Positions 7,818 to 15,592 of a stretch of DNA of 36,846 nt are shown here, one piece after another. How positions within the stretch are numbered: the stretch's first letter is position 1; each line of letters begins with the position of its first letter. The translations under genes and the position numbers were made by a program. This DNA is from a virus. Taxonomy: Duplodnaviria; Caudoviricetes. The notes under the pieces are model-generated. The model ran no database searches, was not told the origin of the DNA, and saw only the letters and a list, made by a program, of their open reading frames with translations. Where the stretch lies: positions 1 through 36,846 of the IMG/VR virus record IMGVR_UViG_3300012680_000005; one strand, 5' to 3'.

Positions 7818-8197
7818 ACGCGGCCGAGGCGCGCGCCGTCCTGCGCACCTTGCAGGCCGCCTTTCCCCGGCCGGCCATGGGTCGGGAGACGGTGGACCTG
7901 TGGATCAACCACCTGGCCGACATCGACCCCGACGACGGCCTCGACGCCGCGGGCCTACTGGCCGAGGCGGCCGACCGCATGCCATCTCTGGCCGAACTTC
8001 GGAAGACGGCCATTGGGCTCGGCAAACGCCAACGTGAGCTCGACGCCAGCCACGCCCCCCTGCCGGCCGAAGAGCGCGCGGTCACGTCCGCTGAGATCGC
8101 CCGGGACGCCTTCGCCGAGATGCGTCGCATCCTCCAGGATCGCAAGGCGCCCGTGCGCCAGGACGCCGCCGAGTTCGTGCCGGGGCCAGCGCCGTGA
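7814..8197 (+). CDS. G39P-like helicase loader/inhibitor
   Basis: 'EARAVLRTLQAAFP...VDLWINHLADID...RMPSLAELR' pattern, directly after the initiator. Confidence 0.7.
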   Translation: MNAAEARAVLRTLQAAFPRPAMGRETVDLWINHLADIDPDDGLDAAGLLAEAADRMPSLAELRKTAIGLGKRQRELDASHAPLPAEERAVTSAEIARDAFAEMRRILQDRKAPVRQDAAEFVPGPAP

Positions 8198-8298
8198 GCG
8201 AGCTGGTCCTCGTGCTCGTGGCCGTGACGCTGATGCTCGGCGGCCTGCTGCTGGTGGGTCTGCGTTCAACCAAGGACAAGGAGACATGGTGGCCCTGA
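8194..8298 (+). CDS. Small membrane peptide
   Basis: 'MSELVLVLVAVTLMLGGLLLVGL...' with coupled GTGA start. Confidence 0.5.
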   Translation: MSELVLVLVAVTLMLGGLLLVGLRSTKDKETWWP

Positions 8299-8957
8299 CG
8301 AGCCTGCCCAACTACGACGTCCTGCTTGACGAGCTGCACCTCGAGAAGGGCGCCCACAACCGCCGCGAGGACGGCCTTTGCATCATGGAGGCGGCTGCCT
8401 GGCTCGCCGGCCAGGAGCACACCGACGCCCCCGCCTGCGTGTCGCCCGTGCTGCGTTCGTTCCTCACGAGCTGGAACGACAGCCTCGACGACGACACCCG
8501 CCAGCGGCTCAAGCCCTACGCCTGGAAGGTGCTCGGCACCGCCGGCGACCCTGTGGCCGACGAGCGTCGGGCGTGGATGGCGACGGACTGGCTCGTCCGG
8601 GTCCACACCCCGGCGTGGCTGCGACTGGCCGGACTCACGAGCCACGCCGATGCGCTCGCCGGTCTCCCGGAAGTGACGAACGGCGCTCAAGTCCCGTCGA
8701 TCAAGCCGGCCCTGGAAGCAGCCCGGAAGGATGCGGCCGCCGCATGGGCCGCCGTATGGGACGCCGCAGGGGACGCCGTATGGGACGCCGCAGGGGCCGC
8801 CGCAGGGGACGCCGCATGGGCCGCCGCAGGGGACGCCGCATGGGCCGCCGCAGGGGACGCCGCATGGGCCGCCGCAGGGGCCGCCCTGGCACCTACGGTC
8901 ACCGAGCTACAGGCGTCAGCGTTCGTTCTTCTGGACCGCATGGTCGAGGCTGCGTGA
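8286..8957 (+). CDS. Phage protein with Ala/Trp/Asp tetrapeptide repeats
   Basis: AAGGAG RBS; 'GAH....GLCIMEAAAWLAG..HTDAPACVSP' followed by (W/G)(D/A)AA repeats. Confidence 0.8.
   Translation: MVALTSLPNYDVLLDELHLEKGAHNRREDGLCIMEAAAWLAGQEHTDAPACVSPVLRSFLTSWNDSLDDDTRQRLKPYAWKVLGTAGDPVADERRAWMATDWLVRVHTPAWLRLAGLTSHADALAGLPEVTNGAQVPSIKPALEAARKDAAAAWAAVWDAAGDAVWDAAGAAAGDAAWAAAGDAAWAAAGDAAWAAAGAALAPTVTELQASAFVLLDRMVEAA
8745..8885 (+). repeat. 12-nt tandem repeat (T/G)GG G(A/C)C GCC G(C/T)A, about 12 copies
   Basis: Seen directly; in frame within 8286..8957. Confidence 0.95.
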
Positions 8958-9196
8958 CCCTCTACGACCAGGACAGCGACGAGCCCGAGCCCGACACCGC
9001 ACCCGCCTACCCCCCCGACCCCATCACGTCGCCCGAGCGCATGACGCCACCCGACGTCGCCGCCCTGCTGCACGACGCCGTGGTGCAGGAGATCGCCTAC
9101 CTGCTCACCTGCGAGGTGCCCCGCCCCGTCGTCCGGGCCGGCGCCGAGGCGTTCATCGGCGCCCTGCGGCCCGGCTGGTTCGAGGTGCCGGCGTGA
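8954..9196 (+). CDS. Hypothetical protein
   Basis: GTGA-coupled ORF. Confidence 0.6.
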   Translation: MTLYDQDSDEPEPDTAPAYPPDPITSPERMTPPDVAALLHDAVVQEIAYLLTCEVPRPVVRAGAEAFIGALRPGWFEVPA

Positions 9197-9420
9197 CCAC
9201 GCCGACCGGGTGGGTGTGCGCTGAGCACGGTTGCCCTGCCTTGACCTGCTGGCATGACAACGAGGTCGACGTCGTGCCCGTGTTCACTCTCGACGCCATC
9301 GCCGGCCTGATCGAGAGCGACGAGAGGCTATTCGGGGAGCTCTGGCGCGGTGCCTTCACCTGCGACCTCGCCCTTATGGCCCGCAAGACTGTCGCTACCT
9401 GGCTGCGGGAGCAGCCGTGA
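9193..9420 (+). CDS. Hypothetical protein
   Basis: GTGA-coupled ORF with a Cys/His N-terminus. Confidence 0.6.
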   Translation: MTTPTGWVCAEHGCPALTCWHDNEVDVVPVFTLDAIAGLIESDERLFGELWRGAFTCDLALMARKTVATWLREQP

Positions 9421-9833
9421 GCACCGCCACCACCCAGGCCACGTCCACCTGGACGCTGAGCTACCAGCAGCGACCCTGGACGCTCAACAGCGAGCGGGGC
9501 CGTGGTGGCAAGGACTCCGGCCACTGGGCCGTGCGCAGCCGGCTCAAGGCCGAGTGGCGCCATGCGTTCAAGATCCTGGCCCGCGAGCAGTGCATCCCGC
9601 CGCTGCAGTGGGTCCAGGTGACGGTGCTGCACCACTGCAGGGACCGCCGCCTGCCCGACCCGGTGGCGTGCTTCCCCGCCTACAAGGCGGCTCTCGACGG
9701 CGTGGTCGACGCCCGCGTGATCCGTGACGACGGGCCGGCCTACGTGCACTCGGTGACCTTCGAGGCGCCGGTGACGACCGGGGTCGCTGAGCTGGTTCTC
9801 GTCCTCGAGGGGCCGGCGGTCGCCCCATCGTGA
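9417..9833 (+). CDS. rusA: RusA-like Holliday junction resolvase
   Basis: 'RRLPDPVACFPAYKAALDGVVDARVIRDDGPAYV' matches the RusA D..K..D.....DD core. Confidence 0.8.
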   Translation: MSTATTQATSTWTLSYQQRPWTLNSERGRGGKDSGHWAVRSRLKAEWRHAFKILAREQCIPPLQWVQVTVLHHCRDRRLPDPVACFPAYKAALDGVVDARVIRDDGPAYVHSVTFEAPVTTGVAELVLVLEGPAVAPS

Positions 9834-10417
9834 GGCGCAACGATCCGCAGGAACCCGAGCACCGCCTCGGCGCCGTCGTCTACACGGCCTCGTACCTCGA
9901 GGCGCTCATCGAGACCTGGACGACGCCGAGGCGGGAGCCACCCGGCCCGTCGATCATCAGCACCATCCGCCAGGGCATCCGCGACGCCCTGCGCCGCAAC
10001 GCCGAGCACTCCGGCGACAGCCTGCCCACCGGCACCGGCGGCGAGGGACGGGGCAAGGGCACCCACGCCGACCCTGTCGCCATGGCCGCCGCCCGGCGAC
10101 CGGACTACGACGAGGTCCACGCCCTGGTCGAGGGGATCGTGGGCCACGTCCTCGAGGCCGACACCCACCTGCGGGCGGCAGCGTCGCGCTTCTACCGCCT
10201 CGACCAGCTCGCCGCCGACGAGGGCCGGGTCAACCAAGTGGAGGCGTGCCGGTGCTGCGGGGACCCGGCACCGCAACCCCGGGCCGGCTATTGCGACAAG
10301 TGCTGGAAGGCGTGGACCAGGGCTGACCGGCCGGACCGCTTCGCCTTCGAGCGCCAGCGCCGGGAGTACCTGGCGGCCAAGCCGGGCACCGTGCCGCCGG
10401 AGTCCGTGTCCCATTGA
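9830..10417 (+). CDS. Hypothetical protein with C-terminal CxxC/CxxC motif (possible late regulator)
   Basis: 'CRCC...YCDKC'; last gene of the coupled early operon. Confidence 0.6.
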   Translation: MRRNDPQEPEHRLGAVVYTASYLEALIETWTTPRREPPGPSIISTIRQGIRDALRRNAEHSGDSLPTGTGGEGRGKGTHADPVAMAAARRPDYDEVHALVEGIVGHVLEADTHLRAAASRFYRLDQLAADEGRVNQVEACRCCGDPAPQPRAGYCDKCWKAWTRADRPDRFAFERQRREYLAAKPGTVPPESVSH

Positions 10418-10439
10418 CATCGCCGCAGGTCACGCACAG

Positions 10440-10685
10440 TTGTCCCACGATCCGCTACCGTGTCCGGCTAAGTGTCCGGGTCTGCGCCTGAGCACAGCCC
10501 TGGTGGCCTTCGATCGCCGCACCTGCCCGGCCTGCGGCTCGCCTTCGAGCCACATCAACCTGGCCCAGCCGGCACTGCTCCGACACGGCGGGTACGGCGC
10601 CACCCGCATCACCCGGTTGCGCCACTGCTGGTCCTGTGACTGGTCGCTGGTGGCGGCCGTCAGCTCAGGGAGGCCACCGTGCTGA
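10440..10685 (+). CDS. Small zinc-ribbon protein (start uncertain)
   Basis: 'CPAC...CWSC'. Confidence 0.5.
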   Translation: MSHDPLPCPAKCPGLRLSTALVAFDRRTCPACGSPSSHINLAQPALLRHGGYGATRITRLRHCWSCDWSLVAAVSSGRPPC

Positions 10686-10861
10686 AGCTGGCAGTGACCG
10701 GTGTCGCCCGCTTCGCCTCAGCCTGGGTCACGGGCAGCCTGCTGCGCCTACTGGTGCGGGTGCTCGACCGCCAGGCCGAGGCACCGACCAGCGTGGCCGA
10801 GGCCGAGCTCGCCGGGTTCCTGCACGGTGCGGACGCAGCGGGCCAGTTGGAGTGGGAGTGA
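10679..10861 (+). CDS. Hypothetical protein
   Basis: GGAGG RBS before GTG. Confidence 0.5.
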   Translation: MLKLAVTGVARFASAWVTGSLLRLLVRVLDRQAEAPTSVAEAELAGFLHGADAAGQLEWE

Positions 10862-10938
10862 TGGAAGAGCTGAGTCGTGTGCTCGTCCTCGTGATCCTGG
10901 TGGCGCTTGCCGTCTGGCTGCTGCGGGTCCTGTTCTAG
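10861..10938 (+). CDS. Small membrane peptide
   Basis: 'MEELSRVLVLVILVALAVWLLRVLF'; TGATG and TAGTG overlaps. Confidence 0.5.
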   Translation: MEELSRVLVLVILVALAVWLLRVLF

Positions 10939-11258
10939 TGCCACGTAAGCCACCGTCTCCGTGCCTCGAGCCCGACTGCCCGAGGCTGGTGCAGTCGGGG
11001 TCACGCTGCGGTGAGCACGCACTGGCCAGCGGCAACCGGTACGCAGGACAGTGGCGCAGCATCAGGGCGCAGTACCTCGTGACGCACCAGCAGTGCGAGT
11101 GGGCGCAGTGCGAGAAGGCAGCGGTCGCAGTGGATCACATCGACGGCGGCGGACCGAGCGGCGACAACCGCTGGGCGAACCTGCAGGCGCTGTGCCAGTC
11201 GCACCACGCAGCGAAGACGGCGGCGAACGACGGCGGGTTCGGGCGGCGGCCGGCGTGA
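10938..11258 (+). CDS. Terminase-associated HNH endonuclease (HK97 gp74-like)
   Basis: 'VDHIDGGG...NRWANLQALCQSHHAAKT'; immediately upstream of the small terminase. Confidence 0.9.
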   Translation: MPRKPPSPCLEPDCPRLVQSGSRCGEHALASGNRYAGQWRSIRAQYLVTHQQCEWAQCEKAAVAVDHIDGGGPSGDNRWANLQALCQSHHAAKTAANDGGFGRRPA

Positions 11259-11436
11259 ACTGAGCTCGGTAGTGGGTCAGTTCATATCTGACCTCAGGAC
11301 GGTTGACAACCTACTAACCCCTCCTTGGAATTGACCGGGGGGGGGTGGGGGAGGACCCCTTCGAAAGTTGAACTAACCAGGAAGTGTCCCAATCCCGCGC
11401 ACACGGGCTCATGCCGGAAAATAGGGGGTCCTGACG
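11259..11436. other. Probable packaging (cos) region
   Basis: Non-coding and locally less GC-rich, with a G-run at about 11337-11351 and an inverted repeat TGAACTGA/TCAGTTCA (11256-11284). Lies between HNH and terS, as in cos phages. Confidence 0.55.
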
Positions 11437-11883
11437 GTGACAAAACCGGCCCCCGCGGCCCTGAAACTGCTCAAGGGGCGCTCTGAGGGCCGGGATTCGG
11501 GCGGCCGCAAGGTCAAGGACCCGCCCAGCTTCGTCAGAACGGCCCCGGCGGCGCCTACGTGGCTGTCACGGGAGGCCAAGGCCGAGTGGCGCCGGGTCGT
11601 GCCCGAGCTCGACCGCCTCAAGCTCCTGAAGGGGCCCTCGAGGAGCTCGCTCGCCGCCTACTGCGAGACCTGGGCCACCTTCGTCGAGGCCACCCGCACC
11701 GTTCACCGCGAAGGGCTCACGATCGAGGCCAAGCAGGGCGTCCTGGCGCACCCCGCCGTCGGCATCGCGCGTACCGCTGGCCGTGAGCTCCGAGCGCTCG
11801 CCACCGAGTTCGGCCTGACGCCGTCCTCGGAGGCCCGCCTGAGTGTTCCGGAGGCCGACGTTGGCGAGACGGACTTCGACTGA
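11437..11883 (+). CDS. terS: Terminase small subunit (P27 family)
   Basis: 'PTWLSREAKAEWRRVVPEL', 'LAAYCETW', 'HPAV' and 'EFGLTPSSEARL'. Confidence 0.92.
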   Translation: MTKPAPAALKLLKGRSEGRDSGGRKVKDPPSFVRTAPAAPTWLSREAKAEWRRVVPELDRLKLLKGPSRSSLAAYCETWATFVEATRTVHREGLTIEAKQGVLAHPAVGIARTAGRELRALATEFGLTPSSEARLSVPEADVGETDFD

Positions 11884-13393
11884 CACCGGCACCGAGGTCG
11901 CCGACTGGATCGAGCGCAACTGCACCCATTCGAAGGGCGAGTGGGCCGGCCAGCCGCTCGAGCTGCAGCCGTGGCAGCGAGACGAGGTCATCCGACCGCT
12001 GTTCGGCACCATCCGCCGTGACGGCCGCCGGCAGTACCGCACCGCCCTCATCGGCATCCCCCGCAAGGCCGGCAAGACCACCCTGGGTGCCGCCCTCGCC
12101 CTGCGGATGCTGTTCCGCGACGGCGAGAAGGGTGCCGAGATCTACTCAGCCGCAGCCGATCGGGAGCAGGCGGCGCTGACGTACGAGATCGGCGCTGCCA
12201 TGGTCCATGCCAACTCGGACATGGCGAAGCTGGCCAAGGTCTACCGCCGCTCGATCGTCGTGCCCCACACCGGCTCGGTCTGGAAGGTGCTCTCAGCCGA
12301 GGCTTACAGCAAGCATGGCCTGAACCCTCACGGGGTCATATTTGATGAGCTGCACGCCCAGCCCAACCGGGAGCTGTGGGACGTGCTCACCACCGGTCAG
12401 GGCGCCCGCCGCCAGCCCCTCACCATCGCCATCACCACTGCTGGCTACGACCGCGAGACCATCTGCTGGGAGCTCTACGACTACGGCCGCAAGGTGCGGG
12501 ACGGAGTCATCGACGACCCGACGTTCTTCTTCCGCTGGTGGGGCGTCGACGAGGGTGAGGCCTGGGACGACGAGGCGGTCTGGGCCAAGGCGCAGCCGAA
12601 CCTGGGCGTGTCGGTCAGCATTGACTTCCTGCGGGCCGAGGCCAACCAGGCCAAGCACCAGCCGGCCCGCCAGAACACCTACCGCCGCTTGCACCTCAAC
12701 GAATGGACTGCGGCCTCCGCCCGCTGGATCGACCTAGGCGCCTGGGATCGCACCGCCGGCCTCGTTGTAGGCCAGGACCTCCGAGGCCGGCGGTGTTTCG
12801 GTGGCCTCGACCTCGCTTCCAGCGTGGACCTGGCCGCCCTGTGCTGGGACTTCCCCGGCGAGGACGGATCACACGACGCCATCTGGCGCTTCTGGCTCCC
12901 TGAGGAGCGCCTCGGGGACCTCGATCGGCGCACCGGGGGCCAGGCCAGCGTGTGGGCGCGCGAGGGGTTCCTAAGCCTGACGTCCGGCAACGTCATCGAC
13001 TACCGGGCCGTCCTCGACCAGGTCGACGCCGACGCCCAGGCCTTCGACGTCGTTGAGCTCGCCTATGACCGCTGGGGCATGACGCAGCTGTCCCAGGACC
13101 TCACCGACGCCGGCATGACCGTGGCGGCCCTGGGTCAGGGCATGGCGACAATGAGCCCGCCGTCGCGCGAGTGGGAGCGCCTCATCCTCGACGGCAAGTA
13201 CCGCCACGGCGGCAACCCGGTCCAGCGGTGGTGCGTCGACAACGTGGTGGCCACGTCTGACAGCGCCGGCAACATCAAGCCCGACAAGCGGGCCTCTAGC
13301 GAGAAGATCGACGGTGTGGTCGCTGCCATCATGGCCCTTGATCGCGCGCTGAGACACGAGCCGAAGAAGTCGTACCGAGCTGCGTCCTTCTAA
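11861..13393 (+). CDS. terL: Terminase large subunit
   Basis: Walker A 'IPRKAGKT', Walker B 'VIFDELH', 'ITTAG', nuclease 'GLDLAS' and 'KIDGVVA'. TTG start with GGAGG RBS. Confidence 0.95.
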   Translation: MARRTSTDTGTEVADWIERNCTHSKGEWAGQPLELQPWQRDEVIRPLFGTIRRDGRRQYRTALIGIPRKAGKTTLGAALALRMLFRDGEKGAEIYSAAADREQAALTYEIGAAMVHANSDMAKLAKVYRRSIVVPHTGSVWKVLSAEAYSKHGLNPHGVIFDELHAQPNRELWDVLTTGQGARRQPLTIAITTAGYDRETICWELYDYGRKVRDGVIDDPTFFFRWWGVDEGEAWDDEAVWAKAQPNLGVSVSIDFLRAEANQAKHQPARQNTYRRLHLNEWTAASARWIDLGAWDRTAGLVVGQDLRGRRCFGGLDLASSVDLAALCWDFPGEDGSHDAIWRFWLPEERLGDLDRRTGGQASVWAREGFLSLTSGNVIDYRAVLDQVDADAQAFDVVELAYDRWGMTQLSQDLTDAGMTVAALGQGMATMSPPSREWERLILDGKYRHGGNPVQRWCVDNVVATSDSAGNIKPDKRASSEKIDGVVAAIMALDRALRHEPKKSYRAASF

Positions 13394-13450
13394 CCCGTGC
13401 CTGCCATGCCGTGCCTGGCCCTGCCGCGCCCGGCCCTGCCGAGCCTCGCC
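13354..13450 (-). ncRNA. Candidate guide RNA (VIPR-like vrRNA): GGC/NN array plus 3' stem-loop
   Basis: A -10 box TAACGT lies 7 nt upstream of the first GGC. The downstream imperfect hairpin GCACGGGUUAGAAG...CUUCUUCGGCUCGUGU relies on G-U pairs that work only on the - strand. A Cas7-like gene is present in the same genome. Confidence 0.6.
13401..13450 (-). repeat. Perfect array of ten pentamers GGC-NN (- strand); NN = GA,TC,AG,CG,GC,AG,CA,AC,AT,AG
   Basis: + strand reads ctgcc atgcc gtgcc tggcc ctgcc gcgcc cggcc ctgcc gagcc tcgcc, in the terL-portal intergenic gap. Confidence 0.95.
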
Positions 13451-13457
13451 GGGCATC

Positions 13458-13463
13458 ACGTTA
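13458..13463 (-). promoter_or_regulatory. Putative -10 box (TAACGT) driving the GGC-NN array
   Basis: + strand ACGTTA at 13458-13463; fits the TANNNT consensus; no clear -35. Confidence 0.5.
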
Positions 13464-13482
13464 GGCCAAGAAGGAGCCGCCC

Positions 13483-14883
13483 GTGGCCGAGATCATGTCG
13501 GGCTCACCCGACTGGTGGCTCAGCCGTCTTGAGGCCCGCCTCGTCAGGCGGCGCAAGGACGTCAAGCGCTACCACGACTACTACCGCGGCGACCATCCGC
13601 TCCCGTCGGCACCGGAGAAGGCCAAAGAGGCCTTCCTGCGCCTGCTCGAGCAGGCCACGAGCAACTGGATGGCGCTGGTGGTCGACGCCACCACCGAGCG
13701 CCTGACCGTCGACGGGTTCCGCCTCGGCGAGGACCAGCGGGGCGACGCCGAGGCCTGGCGCCTGTGGCAGGAGAACAACCTCGACGCCGACGCCGAGATG
13801 GTCCACACCGAGGCGCTGGTCTCGGGCGAGGCCTACGTCTCGGTGTGGGCTGACCCCGCCCGGCCCGAGTCGGCGCTCATCACGCCCGAGCACCCTTCCC
13901 AGGTGGTCGTCGAGCACGTCCCCGGGTCCGTGCGCCAGCGCTCGGCGGCACTCAAGGTGTGGACCGACGACGTGGCCGAGGAGGACCTGGCAACCCTCTA
14001 TCTGCCCGATGCCATCTACAAGTTCCGCGCCAAGCGGGCGATGGGCGACGTCGTCTTCGAGGGCTACTCGGGTGTCTACGGCCGACAGACCCGGTGGGAG
14101 CCGCGCGACGTGCCGGGCGAGCAGTGGCCCTTGGCCAACCCGCTCGGCGTGGTGCCCGTCGTGCCCTTCCGCAACCGGCCCGAGCTGGGTGCCGTGGGCT
14201 GCTCGGAGCTGGCCGCCGTCATCCCCATCCAGGACCGCATCAACACCACGCTGTTCGACCGCCTGATGGCCTCGGAGTTCGGGGCCTTCCGCCAGCGCTG
14301 GGTCACCGGCATGGAGATCCCCGTGGACCCCGATACCGGGGAGCCGGTGGAGCCCTTCCGGGTCGCTGTCGACCGGCTGTGGATGACCGAGAACCCGAAC
14401 GCCAAGTTCGGGGACTTCGCCGAGACGAACCTGGCCGGCTACATCGCCGCCGTCGAGGCCGACATCCAGCACATCGCCGCCATCACCCGCACCCCGCCCC
14501 ACTACCTGCTCGGTCCGGGCAGCAACCTGCCGAGCGGCGACGCACTGCGCTCGACCGAGACCGGCCTCGTGAAGAAGTCTCGGCGCTGCCAGGTCCACTT
14601 CGGCGAGTCCTGGGAGGAGGTGCTGCGCCTGTCCTTCCAGGTGGCCGGAGACGAGTCCCGGGCGGCGGTCGCCAACTCCGAGACGATCTGGCGGGACCCC
14701 GAAGCCCGCACCGAAGGCGAGCTCGTCGACGCGCTGCTGAAGATGGCGACGCTCGGCGTGCCCAACGAGGTGCTGTGGGAGCGCTGGGGCGCCTCGCCCC
14801 AGGAGATCGCCCGCTGGAAGGCGCTGCAGGTGGCGCCACCGATCCCCGCCCCGCCGCCCGACTCGGGCGACGCCGCTGCGTGA
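13483..14883 (+). CDS. Portal protein (SPP1 gp6-like, actinophage type)
   Basis: AAGGAG RBS; 'NWMALVVDATTERLTVDGFR', 'NPLGVVPVVPFRNR' and 'SGDALRSTETGLVKK'. Confidence 0.93.
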   Translation: MAEIMSGSPDWWLSRLEARLVRRRKDVKRYHDYYRGDHPLPSAPEKAKEAFLRLLEQATSNWMALVVDATTERLTVDGFRLGEDQRGDAEAWRLWQENNLDADAEMVHTEALVSGEAYVSVWADPARPESALITPEHPSQVVVEHVPGSVRQRSAALKVWTDDVAEEDLATLYLPDAIYKFRAKRAMGDVVFEGYSGVYGRQTRWEPRDVPGEQWPLANPLGVVPVVPFRNRPELGAVGCSELAAVIPIQDRINTTLFDRLMASEFGAFRQRWVTGMEIPVDPDTGEPVEPFRVAVDRLWMTENPNAKFGDFAETNLAGYIAAVEADIQHIAAITRTPPHYLLGPGSNLPSGDALRSTETGLVKKSRRCQVHFGESWEEVLRLSFQVAGDESRAAVANSETIWRDPEARTEGELVDALLKMATLGVPNEVLWERWGASPQEIARWKALQVAPPIPAPPPDSGDAAA

Positions 14884-14944
14884 CCAAATAAGCAAGACCC
14901 TCCTGTCGGCGAGACGCCGGCAGGCCCCGAGAAGGGAGGGCGAG

Positions 14945-15544
14945 ATGCCCGACGACAACGACCAGGCCACCGACAACGACCAGGCCACCGACAACGACCA
15001 GGACCAGAGCCAGCAGGACGACCAGAGCCAGCAGGACGACCCCCAGCGCGCCAACGCTGGGCTGCTGGCCGATCTGGCTCGGGAGCGCAAGACGCGGCAG
15101 TCGGCCGAGAAGCGGCTCCGGACCATCGAGGCCGAGCTCGGCCGGTTCCAGCAGGCGAACCAGTCCGAGCAGGAGCAGGCCCTCGCCAAGGCGTCGGCCG
15201 ACGCCGACAAGGCGGCCCGGGCCGACGAGCGCACCAAGGCCAACCGCCGCATCATCAGCGCCGAGGTGAGAGCCGCCGCCGGTGGCCGCCTGCACGACCC
15301 CGCCGACGCCGTCCGCTACATCGATCTCGAGGACTTCGACGTCGATGACGACGGGGAGCTCGACGCCAAGGCGGTCGGCGCTGCCATCGAGCAGCTGCTC
15401 AAGGACAAGCCCTACCTCGCTGCCAACGGCGGCAAGGCCTCGGGAAGTGCGGACCAGGGCACCCGGCGCAAGGACACCGAGCCGGCCGTCGAGCCGGGAA
15501 TCGGCCGACTGCGGCGGGCCTACGAGACCACCACCAAGAAGTAA
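14945..15544 (+). CDS. Capsid scaffolding protein
   Basis: Acidic repeat N-terminus, coiled coil and 'LLKDKPYLA'; lies between portal and capsid. Confidence 0.85.
   Translation: MPDDNDQATDNDQATDNDQDQSQQDDQSQQDDPQRANAGLLADLARERKTRQSAEKRLRTIEAELGRFQQANQSEQEQALAKASADADKAARADERTKANRRIISAEVRAAAGGRLHDPADAVRYIDLEDFDVDDDGELDAKAVGAAIEQLLKDKPYLAANGGKASGSADQGTRRKDTEPAVEPGIGRLRRAYETTTKK
14954..15037 (+). repeat. 18-nt coding tandem repeats (DNDQAT x2+, DQSQQD x2)
   Basis: Seen directly. Confidence 0.9.
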
Positions 15545-15592
15545 CACCCGCCGTAGACGGATCGCCGTCTCGGCCCGAACCAAGGAGCCCAG

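Noticed and set aside
8745-8885. CRISPR-like or guide array
   Set aside because: Period 12, in frame and codon-structured, so it is a coding repeat.
13401-13450. CRISPR array or simple microsatellite
   Set aside because: No 23-50 nt repeats with spacers; the units are not identical copies, since only GGC is fixed.
13397-13705. ORF 'MPAMPCLALPRPALPSLAG...' and the antisense ORF 12971..13459 'ARQGRARQGQARHG'
   Set aside because: Shadow translations of the 5-nt array; they overlap portal or terL out of frame and have no RBS.
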